Shown here in pieces: positions 1 through 9,842 of a stretch of 64,000 nt of DNA. The notes under the pieces were generated by a model. It did no database searches. It was given only the letters and a program-made list of their open reading frames with translations, and was not told the DNA's origin. The first letter of the stretch is position 1. Each line of letters begins with the position of its first letter. The DNA comes from an uncultured Chloroflexia bacterium (GTDB taxonomy: Bacteria; Chloroflexota; Limnocylindria; Limnocylindrales; CSP1-4). The DNA is taken from positions 1,350,407-1,414,406 of the forward strand of contig CAVVCZ010000004.1 of assembly GCA_963746845.1 (NCBI GenBank), in the 5' to 3' direction. The position numbers and the translations under genes were made by a program.

Positions 1-252
1 GGCCTCGGCCTCGAGCCACCCGCCGTGATCGGCGGCGAGCGAGAAGTGCCGGACCACGTCCAGGTAGGACCGCGTGTGCGCCCAGAGCAGCTCCTCGTCC
101 GGCGCGGGCTCCGGCGCCAGGCCGGGTTCGGCCCCGATCTCCCGGAGCAGCTCGATCCCCGGCCCGAACCGCCGCGGCGTCAGCGGGTGCGAGGGCCCGA
201 AGTCGTAGTCGAGCGAGCGAGGTCCGAACACGAGGAGCGGCTGATCGGGCAC
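1..252 (-). CDS. acuC: Acetoin utilization protein AcuC / histone deacetylase family (5' part, runs off window)
   Basis: Manual translation, not in ORF track: VPDQPLLVFGPRSLDYDFGPSHPLTPRRF...APDEELLWAHTRSYL. Carries the YxFGxxHPxxPxR and ELxxxHxxxY HDAC-family motifs. Alternative GTG start at 261. Confidence 0.8.
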   Translation of the reverse strand, partial: MPDQPLLVFGPRSLDYDFGPSHPLTPRRFGPGIELLREIGAEPGLAPEPAPDEELLWAHTRSYLDVVRHFSLAADHGGWLEAEA

Positions 253-271
253 GAGTGGCACGATACCGGCG

Positions 272-688
272 ATGGAACGCGTCTACACCACGCCGCTCCT
301 CGACAAGCTCGGGATCCGGCCCGGCATGCGGGTCGCGATCGTCGGCGACCTCGACGCCGACCCCGAGGCCCCGGTCTTCCGGTCGAGCCTGGCCGATCGG
401 ACGAGCGACGTCACCGCCGGTGCTCCGAAACCGGACTCCGATGTCGTCCTGTTGATGGCCGACACGACGGGTGAGCTCGAGGCCCTCACGGACCTCCGGC
501 GCCGGATCAAGCCGGCCGGCGCCATCTGGGTCGTGTCCCGGAAGGGCAAGGCCGCGACGCTCCGCGATGTCGAGGTGATCGCCGCCGCCCGGGACCACGA
601 TCTCGTCGACAACAAGGTCGTCGCGTTCTCGGCCGAACGAACCGCGCAGCGCCTCGTGATCCCCGTCGCCCTTCGGCCGCCTCGCTGA
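272..688 (+). CDS. DUF3052-like hypothetical protein
   Basis: TPLLDKLGIRPG...GAIWVVSRKG...LVDNKVVAFS pattern typical of this family. Confidence 0.7.
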   Translation: MERVYTTPLLDKLGIRPGMRVAIVGDLDADPEAPVFRSSLADRTSDVTAGAPKPDSDVVLLMADTTGELEALTDLRRRIKPAGAIWVVSRKGKAATLRDVEVIAAARDHDLVDNKVVAFSAERTAQRLVIPVALRPPR

Positions 689-706
689 GGCGCGTACCAT
701 CCGCGC

Positions 707-883
707 ATGGGCGATGTCCTCGTGGTCCTCATCATCGTGCTGATCCTCGTGGTCGTGTGGCGAGGCCCGAAGACGCTCCCCGGCATCGGCGCGGCGCTCG
801 GTCGAGGCGTCAAGGGCGCCCGTGACGAGGCCTCGAAGCTGGGCGAAGGCGAGACGCCGCCATCGGACGGCCCAGCGGCCTGA
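707..883 (+). CDS. tatA: Twin-arginine translocase TatA/E family subunit (58 aa)
   Basis: Manual translation MGDVLVVLIIVLILVVVWRGPKTLPGIGAALGRGVKGARDE: TM helix, GxxxLP hinge, amphipathic LGRGV helix. Below the ORF-track cutoff. Confidence 0.8.
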   Translation: MGDVLVVLIIVLILVVVWRGPKTLPGIGAALGRGVKGARDEASKLGEGETPPSDGPAA

Positions 884-904
884 CGAGGCCCGTCGGCCGG
901 GCGA

Positions 905-2693
905 TCAGCCTTCGGCAGCCAGAGGGACCATGCGGGCGTAGCCGGCCACGGCGATCTCCCGGACGCGAGCGGCCGTCGGAGCCGCGAGCGCCTCGTCCGC
1001 GATCGCTCGAACCGTCTCGGGATCGAAGCCTGCGACCGCGGCCCGGATGGAGGCCACCGCCCGAGGCGCGACGCTCAACTCGGTGACGCCGAGGCCGGCG
1101 AAGATGCTTGCGATCAACGGGTCGGCTGCGGCCTCACCGCAGACGGCGACCGGTCGTCCGTGGGCGCGTGCGGCTCGGCAGACCATGGCGATGAGTCGCA
1201 ACACGGCCGGCTGATCGGGGGTCGCGAGATCGGCCAACGCCGGGTTCGTCCGGTCCGCCGCGATCGTGTACTGGACCAGGTCATTGGTCCCGATGCTGAA
1301 GAAGTCGACTTCCGCGGCGAGGATGTCCGCGACCAGTGCGGCGGACGGGACCTCGATCATCACGCCGAAGCGGACGTCGCGCGCGATCTCGGCCCCGGCC
1401 AGTCGCGCCGAATTCGGCTGCACGACCGAGCGCGGCGCGGGTCGCCCGGACTTCGTCGAGCGTCGACACCATCGGGATCAGGACGTGCAACTCGGTGCCC
1501 GCTGCCGCCTCCAGCAGCGCCCGCAACTGCGTCTCGAGCAGGTCCGGTCGGCGGAGGCCGAGGCGGATTCCCCGGACGCCGAGGGCCGGGTTCGCCTCCC
1601 GTTCACCGGGCTCGAACCCTGCGGGCTTGTCGCCGCCGATGTCGAGGGTCCGGAACACCACCGGCCTGCCCCCCATCGCGTCGAGGATCCGGCGGTACAC
1701 CGCCCGCTGTTCGTTCAGACCCGGCGCGATCGTCCGGCCCAGGAAGATCAGCTCGGTCCGGACGAGGCCGATCCCGTCGACGCCGGCGCGCGCCGCCTGT
1801 TCGGCCTCCGCGACCGACCCGACGTTTGCCTCGATCCGGATCCCGAGCGGGAGGGACGGGAATGCGATGGTGGCCGCGACCTGGTCCTCGTCAGGTGGGG
1901 CAATCCCCGCCTGAACCTTCGTGGTCGGCGCCGGCGACGGCAGGTCGGCCGGCTCCGGGTCGACGATCAGCCGGCCGACGCCCCCGTCGATCACCGCGGA
2001 CCGGCCATCGAGCCCGATGTGAAGCCCGGGCCCGAGCCCGAGGACGAGCGGGACGCCGAGCGCTCGGGCCACGATCGCCGCGTGGCCGGTCGGGGCGCCC
2101 GCCGCCAGGGCCAGGCCTGCAACGAGCTCCGGCCGGATGCCCGCGACCACCGAGGGATCCAGGTCCTCCGCCGCCACGATCGCACGGGTGCCATCACGAT
2201 GGTGAAGTTCGGGCCGGGTCCGCCCCGCCAGCCGGTCGAGGACCCGCCGGCCGACGTCGCGGAGGTCGGCCGCCCGCTCGCGGAAGTACGCGTCGTCGAC
2301 GCCGGCCAGCGTGTCGGCCTGCTCCGCCGCGACCCGGTCGATCGCCTCCTCCGCGGATGCGCCGCTGCGGATCGCGTCGATCGCCGGATCAACGATCCCC
2401 GGATCGCGCGCGAAGATCGCCTGGGCCTCGAAGATCGCCCCGATGTCCGCGCCGGCCCGACCGGTCGTCTCCCGGGCCAGGGTGTCGAGCTCCGCCGCCG
2501 CGGCCGCCAGGGCGTCGAGCAGCCGCCGCTCCTCGCCGGCGATGTCGTCCGGACCGGGACGCTCGCCGGCGCCCGGGCGCAGTCGTCGCGGCTTCGCGTG
2601 TCCGACCCCGTTGGAGGATCCGCCCAACCAGAGCAGGCGACCGGCGCCGCTTCCGGGCGATCCGGACTGCCCGTCGAGAACGATGCGCGGCAT
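905..2693 (-). CDS. ptsI: PEP-protein phosphotransferase (PTS enzyme I), one frameshift near 1410-1415
   Basis: TGHAAIVARALG phospho-His, GIGLVRTE, RTLDIGGDK and EANPALGVRGIR in ORF 1281-2915 (start ATG 2693). Continues as GVMIEVP, FFSIGTNDLVQY, VAVCGE in ORF 905-1423. Confidence 0.9.
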
Positions 2694-2704
2694 CGGACGC
2701 CCCG

Positions 2705-3373
2705 TCAGACCGCGACGTCGGCGACGACGCTGGCAAGGACGTCGAGCAGGAGCGCAGCGGACGTTGCCCCGGGATCCTGGTGGCCGATGCTGCGCTCGCC
2801 GAGATACGAGGCTCGGCCCTTCGTCGCAAGCATCGGGATGGTGGCCGCCGCACCGGCGGCAGCGGCGTCGCGGGCGGCACCGACGACGGCCGCCGCGTCG
2901 GCATTCCCATCCCATGCCGCGCGCGCGGCCGAGGCCGCCGGGACGAGCGCATCGAGCATCGTCTTCTCGCCCGTCGTCGACTTGCCGAGGGCGCCGATCC
3001 CGGTCGCGGCCGCCTCGAGGGCGGTGACGACGGCGAGACCGCCGGATGGCGGCGGATCGGCCGGCAACGCGGCAAGCGCGGCCGATGCCCGGAGGAAGCC
3101 GGTCCCGTAGAGCGGACCCGACGCCCCACCAACGGTGCTGATCAGGGTGCGGCCGGACAGCCGGAGCAGGTCGACCGTCGCGGTGAGGTCCGGGACGGTC
3201 GGCTCGGCCGGGGGCCGGGCGTCCAGCGCGGCCACGATCGCGCTGAAGCCGCGGTCGAGATTGATCCCGTGGTCGCCGTCGCCGATCGCCTGATCGAGAG
3301 CGGTGAGGGCCGGTGCCTGTTCATGGATTCGGTCGGCCGTGGCGCGGAGCCAGGCCTCGAGCGCGTGCAGCAT
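2705..3373 (-). CDS. dhaL: Dihydroxyacetone kinase ADP-binding subunit DhaL
   Basis: LDQAIGDGDHG, VGGASGPLYG, GEKTMLDAL, KGRASYLGERSIGHQDPGATS. Confidence 0.95.
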   Translation of the reverse strand: MLHALEAWLRATADRIHEQAPALTALDQAIGDGDHGINLDRGFSAIVAALDARPPAEPTVPDLTATVDLLRLSGRTLISTVGGASGPLYGTGFLRASAALAALPADPPPSGGLAVVTALEAAATGIGALGKSTTGEKTMLDALVPAASAARAAWDGNADAAAVVGAARDAAAAGAAATIPMLATKGRASYLGERSIGHQDPGATSAALLLDVLASVVADVAV

Positions 3374-3418
3374 CGGGGAACCCTCGACGGACAGTCGGAT
3401 GGAGTCTAGCGAGCCCCG

Positions 3419-3448
3419 GGCCGGGCCCGCCGTTCGACGGGCCCGGCC
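3419..3448. terminator. GC-rich stem-loop between dhaK and dhaL
   Basis: Perfect 11-bp inverted repeat GGCCGGGCCCG-N8-CGGGCCCGGCC. No clear U-tract, so it could be a terminator or a stabilizing hairpin. Confidence 0.5.
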
Positions 3449-3466
3449 TGAGAGGCAACGGCGTGG

Positions 3467-4489
3467 TCAGGCGCCCCAGCGGAGCGCCGCGGTGTGGACG
3501 GGAGCGTCCCACAGCCGGATGAGCTGGTCATCGAGCTTCAGGAGCGTGACCGAGAAGCCGGCCATCTCCAGGCTCGTGATGTAGTTCCCGACCAGGCTCC
3601 GCCCGATCGAGATCCCCTGGCCACCCAGGATCCGGTTGACGCTGTCGAACGCGACGTACAGCTCGATGAGCGGCGTGCCGCCCATGCCGTTGACGAACGC
3701 GAGGACCGAGTCCCCTCGGCTCAGACCGAGGTCCGAGACGATCGGCGACACGAGCCACTCGGCCATGTCGTCGACGGGCGCGAGCTTCTCGCGGCGCCGT
3801 CCGGGCTCGCCATGGATGCCGATCCCGACCTCGACCTCGTCGGGTCCGAGCTCGAAGGTCGGCGTCCCGGCGGCGGGGACGATGCAGCTCGACAGCGCGA
3901 GCCCCATCGATCGGCCCTGGCCATTGACCTTGATCGCGGTTGCGGCGACGTCCGCGAGCGACGCTCCGGACTCCGCCGCGGCACCGGCGATCTTCTCGAC
4001 GAGCACGGTCACGCCGACGCCCCGCCGGCCGGCCGTGTAGAGCGAGTCCTGGACCGCGACGTCGTCATTGGTCACGACCGAGGCCACCTCGATCTCGCCC
4101 GCGACGAGCTCCGCCGCCATCTGGAAGTTGAGCACGTCGCCGGTGTAGTTCTTGACGATGTGCAGGACCCCGGCACCTCCGTCGACGGCGCGGGTGGCCG
4201 CCTCCATCTGGTCGGGGACGGGCGAGGTGAAGATGTTGCCGGCCGCGGCGGCATCGAGCATGCCGAACCCGACGAACCCGCCGTGGAGCGGCTCGTGACC
4301 GGAACCGCCGCCGGAGATCAATCCGACCTTGCCGGGCGTCGGACCGCCGGCCCGCAGGACGACGTTGTTCGCGGCGTCGACCTTCACGACGTCGGGGTGA
4401 GCGGCCGCGAGCCCGGCGAGGCTCTCCGGCACGATGTCCTCGACCCGATTGAAGAGCTTCTTCACCCGGGTCGGAGCGCTGGTCGCCAT
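3467..4489 (-). CDS. dhaK: Dihydroxyacetone kinase substrate-binding subunit DhaK
   Basis: [47 protein letters not shown] upstream. Confidence 0.95.
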   Translation of the reverse strand: MATSAPTRVKKLFNRVEDIVPESLAGLAAAHPDVVKVDAANNVVLRAGGPTPGKVGLISGGGSGHEPLHGGFVGFGMLDAAAAGNIFTSPVPDQMEAATRAVDGGAGVLHIVKNYTGDVLNFQMAAELVAGEIEVASVVTNDDVAVQDSLYTAGRRGVGVTVLVEKIAGAAAESGASLADVAATAIKVNGQGRSMGLALSSCIVPAAGTPTFELGPDEVEVGIGIHGEPGRRREKLAPVDDMAEWLVSPIVSDLGLSRGDSVLAFVNGMGGTPLIELYVAFDSVNRILGGQGISIGRSLVGNYITSLEMAGFSVTLLKLDDQLIRLWDAPVHTAALRWGA

Positions 4490-4526
4490 GGTGCTGCTCC
4501 TTCGAAACGTGAGGATGCTGAGGGGT

Positions 4527-5294
4527 TCAGGCGTCGGCCTGGGCGGTTTCGCGAACCGCGCCGCCGGGCACGGTCACCGTTCTGACGTGTCCGACGAACT
4601 CGTACAGGAACGCCCCGATGAGGCCGCCGGCGATCGGGCCGGCGATGTAGACCCAGAGCTGGTCGAGGTGGCTCTTGGCACCGATCAGGGTCCCGAGCAC
4701 GTCGGGGCCGATCTGGCGAGCCGGGTTGAGGGCGGCACCGGTGATCGGGCCGACCAGGATGATGATCCCGTACACGATGAAGCCGATCACGATGCCGGCG
4801 AAGCCGGCCGGGGCACGACCGTCCACCGCGGCTCCGAACACGGTGAAGACGAGGATCGCGGTGCCGATGACCTCGGCCAGGAGGCCGACCACGTTGCCGG
4901 CGTTCGCGTTGACGCCGACGGCGCCCAGGCCGAGCGCCTGCGGGTTGTTGCCGGTCAGGATCACGAGCGTCATGCCGGCGCCGACGAACGCGCCGACCAG
5001 CTGGGCGGCGATGTAGCTGACGGCCGTCTGGCTGTCGACCTTGCGGGTCGCCCACAGGGCGATCGTGACCGCCGGGTTGATGTGTGCGCCGCTGATGTGA
5101 CCGACCGAGTAGACGGCGGCGAAGATCGCGAACGCGAACGCGAACGAGATGGTCGAGAGCTCGGCGCTGCCGAACGGGTTCTGTCCGGTCAGGAACACGG
5201 TCAACGGGACCGAGCCCGCACCGATGAACACGAGGATGGCGGTGCCGATCGCCTCGGCGGTCAGCTTCTGGGCCAGCGTGGGTGACGACGACAT
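4527..5294 (-). CDS. MIP family channel (aquaporin/glycerol facilitator-like)
   Basis: [10 protein letters not shown] and LNPAR motifs, six hydrophobic segments, AAGGAGG RBS. Confidence 0.9.
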   Translation of the reverse strand: MSSSPTLAQKLTAEAIGTAILVFIGAGSVPLTVFLTGQNPFGSAELSTISFAFAFAIFAAVYSVGHISGAHINPAVTIALWATRKVDSQTAVSYIAAQLVGAFVGAGMTLVILTGNNPQALGLGAVGVNANAGNVVGLLAEVIGTAILVFTVFGAAVDGRAPAGFAGIVIGFIVYGIIILVGPITGAALNPARQIGPDVLGTLIGAKSHLDQLWVYIAGPIAGGLIGAFLYEFVGHVRTVTVPGGAVRETAQADA

Positions 5295-5312
5295 CGATCG
5301 ACCTCCTTCGGG

Positions 5313-5630
5313 TCAGGGGTGGACGGCTGCGCCGTCCGGGGACAGGGCGACGGTCGGACCGTCGGATGCCGGGGCCACGGCCGGCCCGAGCTCCTCCACC
5401 AACGCCGCGAGGGCGTCATCGGCGTCGGAGCCATCGGCGGTCAGGGTGATCTCGGTCTGTGGACGGATCGTCAGGCCGAGGAGGGCAATCAAGCTCTTGA
5501 CGTCGGCGGTTCGCTCGCCGCTCCGGAGCACGATCCGGCTCTGGAACCGGCTGGCGACCTTGACAACCTTGGCGGCCGGGCGCGCATGGAGCCCGGCGGG
5601 ATCGATCACGGTCAGGCGCAGGTCGACCAT
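5313..5630 (-). CDS. ptsH: Phosphocarrier protein HPr
   Basis: GLHARPA (His15) and DVKSLIALL (Ser46) motifs. Confidence 0.92.
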   Translation of the reverse strand: MVDLRLTVIDPAGLHARPAAKVVKVASRFQSRIVLRSGERTADVKSLIALLGLTIRPQTEITLTADGSDADDALAALVEELGPAVAPASDGPTVALSPDGAAVHP

Positions 5631-5633
5631 CGC

Positions 5634-6041
5634 TCAGGCCTCCAGCGCCTTCGGCAGGGACTGCCATTCGCGGGCCGCCTCGGCGACCGCGTCGAGGTCC
5701 GCGCCGGTGCTCGCCTGAACGCCGGCGAGGAAGGCGCCCTCGACGAGCGGACCGTCGCTGACGCGGACCCGGGACCGGACCTCGGGCTCGAGCAGTTCGA
5801 GCGCGATCTCCAGGCTCAGGAGCGCGCTCCCGAAGTCGAGCAGGACGAGGGCCCCATCCGCGCCGTCGGCCAGGACGGACCGGATCGCCGCTTCGATCCG
5901 CGGCGCCGTGGTTCCGATCCGGCCGTCGTCGGTACCGCCGGCCAGGGCGATCGGGACCTCCGGTCCGCCGAACTGGGCGACGATCGCCCGCAGCCCTTCG
6001 ACCAGCTGCTCGCTGTGGGATACGAGAACCAGTCCCACCAA
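5634..6041 (-). CDS. dhaM: PTS-dependent DHA kinase phosphotransferase subunit DhaM (EIIA-Man-like)
   Basis: (M)VGLVLVSHS, AGGTDDGRIGT, LLDFGSA, DGPLVEGA. TTG start at 6041 with AAGGAGG just upstream. Confidence 0.9.
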   Translation of the reverse strand: MVGLVLVSHSEQLVEGLRAIVAQFGGPEVPIALAGGTDDGRIGTTAPRIEAAIRSVLADGADGALVLLDFGSALLSLEIALELLEPEVRSRVRVSDGPLVEGAFLAGVQASTGADLDAVAEAAREWQSLPKALEA

Positions 6042-6277
6042 GAACGCCTCCTTCCGTGATCCGGGATTCGTGGTCGCCGGCATCGTCTGCCCCGACTCAT
6101 CAAGAAGAAAGCAAGAACCGGTCTGGTTCCGCGATGGATGCGGTCCGAGGTGCGTTTCGTGGTCGCTCGGGTGTTGCCCGGTTCGCGGACCCATCCCTAC
6201 ACTCGGCCGACCGGCCATCGGCCGCCGAATCGAGGATCGTCGTGCCCGTCTCCCCAGTGCAGTCGTCTGTCGCGCCG

Positions 6278-6907
6278 ATGGCGCTCGACGCCGTTGCGCT
6301 GCGCTCCGCCCTCACTCGGGTGCGTCGGACCATCGATCGGCATGCCGCGGCTCTGACCCGGCTCGACGCGGTCCTCGGCGACGGCGACCACGGCGACAAC
6401 CTGTCGATCGGGTTCCGGGCGGTGGAGGAGGTCCTGGCCGGGCTGCCGCCCGACGCACGGCCAGGGGACGTGCTGCGGGCCGTGGGCCATTGCCTGATCT
6501 CCGCCGTCGGCGGCGCTTCCGGCCCGCTCTATGGCACGGCGTTCATCGAAGCGGGGTTCCGCGCCGGGGACGTCACGGTGATCGATGGTCCCCTCGCCGC
6601 GGCAATCCTCGGTGCCGCCGCCGATGGCGTCGCTCGACGCGGCCGATGCGCGGTCGGCGACAAGACGATCCTCGACACGCTCCGACCGGCCGCGACCGCG
6701 CTCGGCGTCTCGGTCTCGGCCGGCAGCGACGCCGCGGGAGCTGCCCGCGCAACGCTGGCTGCGGCACGCGAGGGCATGCGCTCGACCCGGCCGCTCGTTG
6801 CTCGGCGCGGGATCGCGCTTCGACTCGGCGATCGGTCGATTGGTCATCTCGATCCGGGGGCGGTGTCGTGCTTCCTGATCCTGCGCGGTCTCGCCGCCCG
6901 TGACTGA
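6278..6907 (+). CDS. dhaL: Second DhaL paralogue (DAK2 domain)
   Basis: LDAVLGDGDHG, VGGASGPLYG, GDKTILD, LGDRSIGHLDPGA. Start probably ATG 6278 within ORF 6056-6907. Confidence 0.85.
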   Translation: MALDAVALRSALTRVRRTIDRHAAALTRLDAVLGDGDHGDNLSIGFRAVEEVLAGLPPDARPGDVLRAVGHCLISAVGGASGPLYGTAFIEAGFRAGDVTVIDGPLAAAILGAAADGVARRGRCAVGDKTILDTLRPAATALGVSVSAGSDAAGAARATLAAAREGMRSTRPLVARRGIALRLGDRSIGHLDPGAVSCFLILRGLAARD

Positions 6908-8549
6908 CGCCGGCGCCACGCCCGCGCAGACCACCGACCCCGCCCGTCTCGTGGCCCGGATCGCCGAGCTCGAGCAGGAGGCGAGGACCGCCTTCGACGA
7001 AGCCCAGCGCGAGGCGGACACGCTCTTCGCCCAGTACCAGCTCAGTCAGCTCGTTGCCTCGGGCGGATCCGCGGTCGACCTGGCAGGCGCGGTCCTCCTC
7101 GAGCTGACCCGGCTGGCAGCGGGCGACGAGGGCGCGATCTGGCTCGGGGACCGGCCCGGACAGGCGCTCGAGATCACGGCGCGGATCGGCTCGATCGAGC
7201 GCCTCCCGGAGCGCTTCGACGACCTCCCGGCGGCACGGCGCTGGGCGGCTCGCCACACCGACATCACGTTCGTGGTCCTCGCCGATGATCCGTCTCCGAT
7301 GATCGTGGGGATCCGGGCGTCGGATCGGCGACCGCTCGACGAGGACGGGGTTCGGGTGGCACGGCTTGCCCGGCACGAGCTGTCGGTGGCCTTCGCCGGC
7401 GCCCGCCTGCGGGAGGCCCTCGAGCGCGAGGGTCACGACCTCGCCGCGATCGTCGACGGGGCGACCGACGTGATCGTCCAGGTCGACGAGGACTGTCGGA
7501 TCACGCGCCTGAACCCAGCCGGTCAGCGAGTCCTCGGGGTGACGAACGACCAGGCCCTGGGACGACGGTGCGGTGACGCCCTGGGTTGCGAGGCCGCGGG
7601 CGGTCATCGAGCCGTCGACTGCCCGCTGGCGGAGACGATCCGGACCGGCCTCCCGATCGGCTATCGGGAGACGGCGATGCGAGCCGTGCAGGGGACGATC
7701 AAGGTCGGCGGGGGCTACTCGCCCGCGCTCTCGCGGGGCGGCGTCGTCCGTGCGACGGCGATCCTCCGCGACCTGAGCGCCGCGGAGGCGCTCGAGCAGC
7801 TCCGGGAGGGCTTCGTGGCCACGGTCAGCCACGAGCTCCGGACACCGATCGCGCTCATCCGGGGCTACGCCGAAACGCTTCTGCAGTTCGACCTCGAACC
7901 GGAGCAGCAACGGGAGTACCTCGAGCGGATCGAGGGCCTCACGACGCGCCTCGGAGAGCTGGTCAGCCAGATCCTCGACGCGACCCACCTCGACGCGGAC
8001 CCGCTCATCCTCGAACGGACCCCGGTGGCGCTCGCGGCGCTCGTCGCCCGGCTTCGTGGCGACCTGGCGCTGACCGGCGACGATCGGCGGCTCGTCACGG
8101 ACCTGCCATCCGATCTCCCGCCGATCGAGGTCGATCCGAGCCGCGTCGGGCGGATCCTGGAGAATCTCGTCGGAAACGCGCTGAAGTACGCCCCGGCCGA
8201 CTCGCCCGTCATCATCGGAGCGGAGACCCACGGCGGCTGGCTCGCGGTCCACATCGACGACGAGGGGATCGGCATCCCGGAGGCGGATCGGCCGCTCGTC
8301 GCCGAGCCCTTCCATCGGGCCTGGAACGTGCGCGAGTCCCGCATTCCGGGCACGGGCCTGGGGTTGTACATCTGCCGTCGGCTCGTCGAAGCGCACGGGG
8401 GGACGCTGACGATCGGCGATCGGCCCGACGGCCTGTCGGGGACGCGCGTCCAGTTCACCGTTCCCCTCGCGGTCGACGGGCGGGACCGGCAGCGCGCTCG
8501 CACGGCGTCGGACCAGCGTCCGGGCGCCACGGAACGGGTCGGTGGCTGA
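6900..8549 (+). CDS. Soluble sensor histidine kinase (coiled-coil, GAF-like, PAS, HisKA, HATPase)
   Basis: VSHELRTP H-box, NLVGNALKY N-box, DEGIGI, GTGLGL. PAS-like IVDGATDVIVQVDEDCRITRLNPAG. No TM segment seen. Confidence 0.92.
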   Translation: MTDAGATPAQTTDPARLVARIAELEQEARTAFDEAQREADTLFAQYQLSQLVASGGSAVDLAGAVLLELTRLAAGDEGAIWLGDRPGQALEITARIGSIERLPERFDDLPAARRWAARHTDITFVVLADDPSPMIVGIRASDRRPLDEDGVRVARLARHELSVAFAGARLREALEREGHDLAAIVDGATDVIVQVDEDCRITRLNPAGQRVLGVTNDQALGRRCGDALGCEAAGGHRAVDCPLAETIRTGLPIGYRETAMRAVQGTIKVGGGYSPALSRGGVVRATAILRDLSAAEALEQLREGFVATVSHELRTPIALIRGYAETLLQFDLEPEQQREYLERIEGLTTRLGELVSQILDATHLDADPLILERTPVALAALVARLRGDLALTGDDRRLVTDLPSDLPPIEVDPSRVGRILENLVGNALKYAPADSPVIIGAETHGGWLAVHIDDEGIGIPEADRPLVAEPFHRAWNVRESRIPGTGLGLYICRRLVEAHGGTLTIGDRPDGLSGTRVQFTVPLAVDGRDRQRARTASDQRPGATERVGG

Positions 8550-9243
8550 GCGCATCCTGATCGTCGAGGACGAGCCGGAGTTCGCCGCGCTCCTGGAGCT
8601 GTGGATCGGCCGGGCCGGCTACGAGCCGCTCGTCGCGCCGACCGGTAATGACGCCCTCCGCCGCTTCTACGAGTCCCATCCCGAGCTCGTCATCCTCGAC
8701 GTCGCGCTCCCCGGGCTCGATGGCTGGCAGGTCATCGAGCGGATCCGCGAGTTCAGCCGCGTCCCGATCATCCTCGTCACCGCGCGAAGCTCGGAGGCCG
8801 ACAAGATCCGCGGCCTCAAGCTCGGCGCCGACGACTACATCACGAAACCGCTCAGCCTGCCGGAGCTCGTCGCTCGCGTCGAGGCCGCCCTTCGTCGCGC
8901 GTCCACGCCCACGCCCGATCGGCCGCGACGACTCCAGCATCGCGACCTGATCATCGACCTCGACGAGCACCGGGCACGGCTGAGCGGCGAGGACCTGCGT
9001 CTGACGCCGACCGAGTTCCGGCTGCTGGCGTATCTGGTCGAGCACGCGGGCCAGCTCGTGACCCACCGTCAGGTCCTGTCTGCCGTCTGGGGCTCCGGGT
9101 ACGGCGCCGACGTGCATCTCCTGCGGATGACGATCCGGAACCTCCGCCTGAAGCTCGATGCGATCGCGCCAGGCGGCTCGTACATCGCCACGGAGTACGG
9201 GCTCGGCTACCGACTGACGGGGCCCGTAGACTCGTCGCCGTGA
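8542..9243 (+). CDS. OmpR/PhoB family response regulator
   Basis: ILIVEDE, ILDVALPGLDG, GADDYITKP, LTPTEFRLL, TEYGLGYRL. Confidence 0.95.
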   Translation: MAERILIVEDEPEFAALLELWIGRAGYEPLVAPTGNDALRRFYESHPELVILDVALPGLDGWQVIERIREFSRVPIILVTARSSEADKIRGLKLGADDYITKPLSLPELVARVEAALRRASTPTPDRPRRLQHRDLIIDLDEHRARLSGEDLRLTPTEFRLLAYLVEHAGQLVTHRQVLSAVWGSGYGADVHLLRMTIRNLRLKLDAIAPGGSYIATEYGLGYRLTGPVDSSP

Positions 9244-9842
9244 CCGACGACAGAGAGGCCGAGCTCGCCGCGCTGCTCGCCCGGCCCGGGCCCGGCTCGC
9301 ACCGGACGACGATCCTCATCGACGGCGTCCCGACCGAGACCCTCGCGGACCTCCCGCCGCTCCGCGATCGGCTGCTGTTCGTCGGGCTCAACCCGTCGCC
9401 GGTCAGCGTCGAGGCCGGCCACTACTTCCAGGGCAAGCTCGGCCGGGCCCTGTGGGGCCGCCTGATCCGGGCGCAGATCCTGCCGCCCGACACCGACATC
9501 GACACCGCCGACGACGCGCTCGTCGCGGCCGGCCACGGCATCACGGACCTCCACAAGCTGCCGAGTCCCCGCGACGAGGCCAGCGACGCGCTCCTGCGGG
9601 CGGGGGTCGGCCCGCTCTGGCAGAAGGTCGCGCTCTGGCGACCGGCCGCGATCGTGTTCGTCTGGAAGCGGGCCGCGGAGACGGCGGCCGGCCGGAAGCT
9701 CGATGAGCCGTGGGGCCAGCTCGAGGGCGTCGCCCTCGCCGGCCGGCCGTGCTTCCTGATGCCGGGCGCCTACGCGCCGGTCGAACAGGTCGATGCGGGG
9801 CTCAACCTGATCCGGAACCTCGGGGCGTCCCTGCCCCGCTGA
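9240..9842 (+). CDS. Mismatch-specific uracil-DNA glycosylase (Mug/TDG family)
   Basis: LFVGLNPSPVSVEAGHYFQG motif 1 and GHGITDL. Confidence 0.75.
   Translation: MTDDREAELAALLARPGPGSHRTTILIDGVPTETLADLPPLRDRLLFVGLNPSPVSVEAGHYFQGKLGRALWGRLIRAQILPPDTDIDTADDALVAAGHGITDLHKLPSPRDEASDALLRAGVGPLWQKVALWRPAAIVFVWKRAAETAAGRKLDEPWGQLEGVALAGRPCFLMPGAYAPVEQVDAGLNLIRNLGASLPR

Noticed and set aside
1400-1425. Programmed frameshift in ptsI
   Set aside because: No slippery heptamer. The break splits the PEP-binding domain, so a sequencing indel or mutation is simpler.
1160-3409. Long Arg/Pro/Gly-rich ORFs such as 1160-3409, 11283-13274, 21994-24525, 26423-28870, 46168-49095 and 57506-59821
   Set aside because: Antisense or off-frame shadows of well-supported genes, expected from stop-codon scarcity at high GC. 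No motifs.
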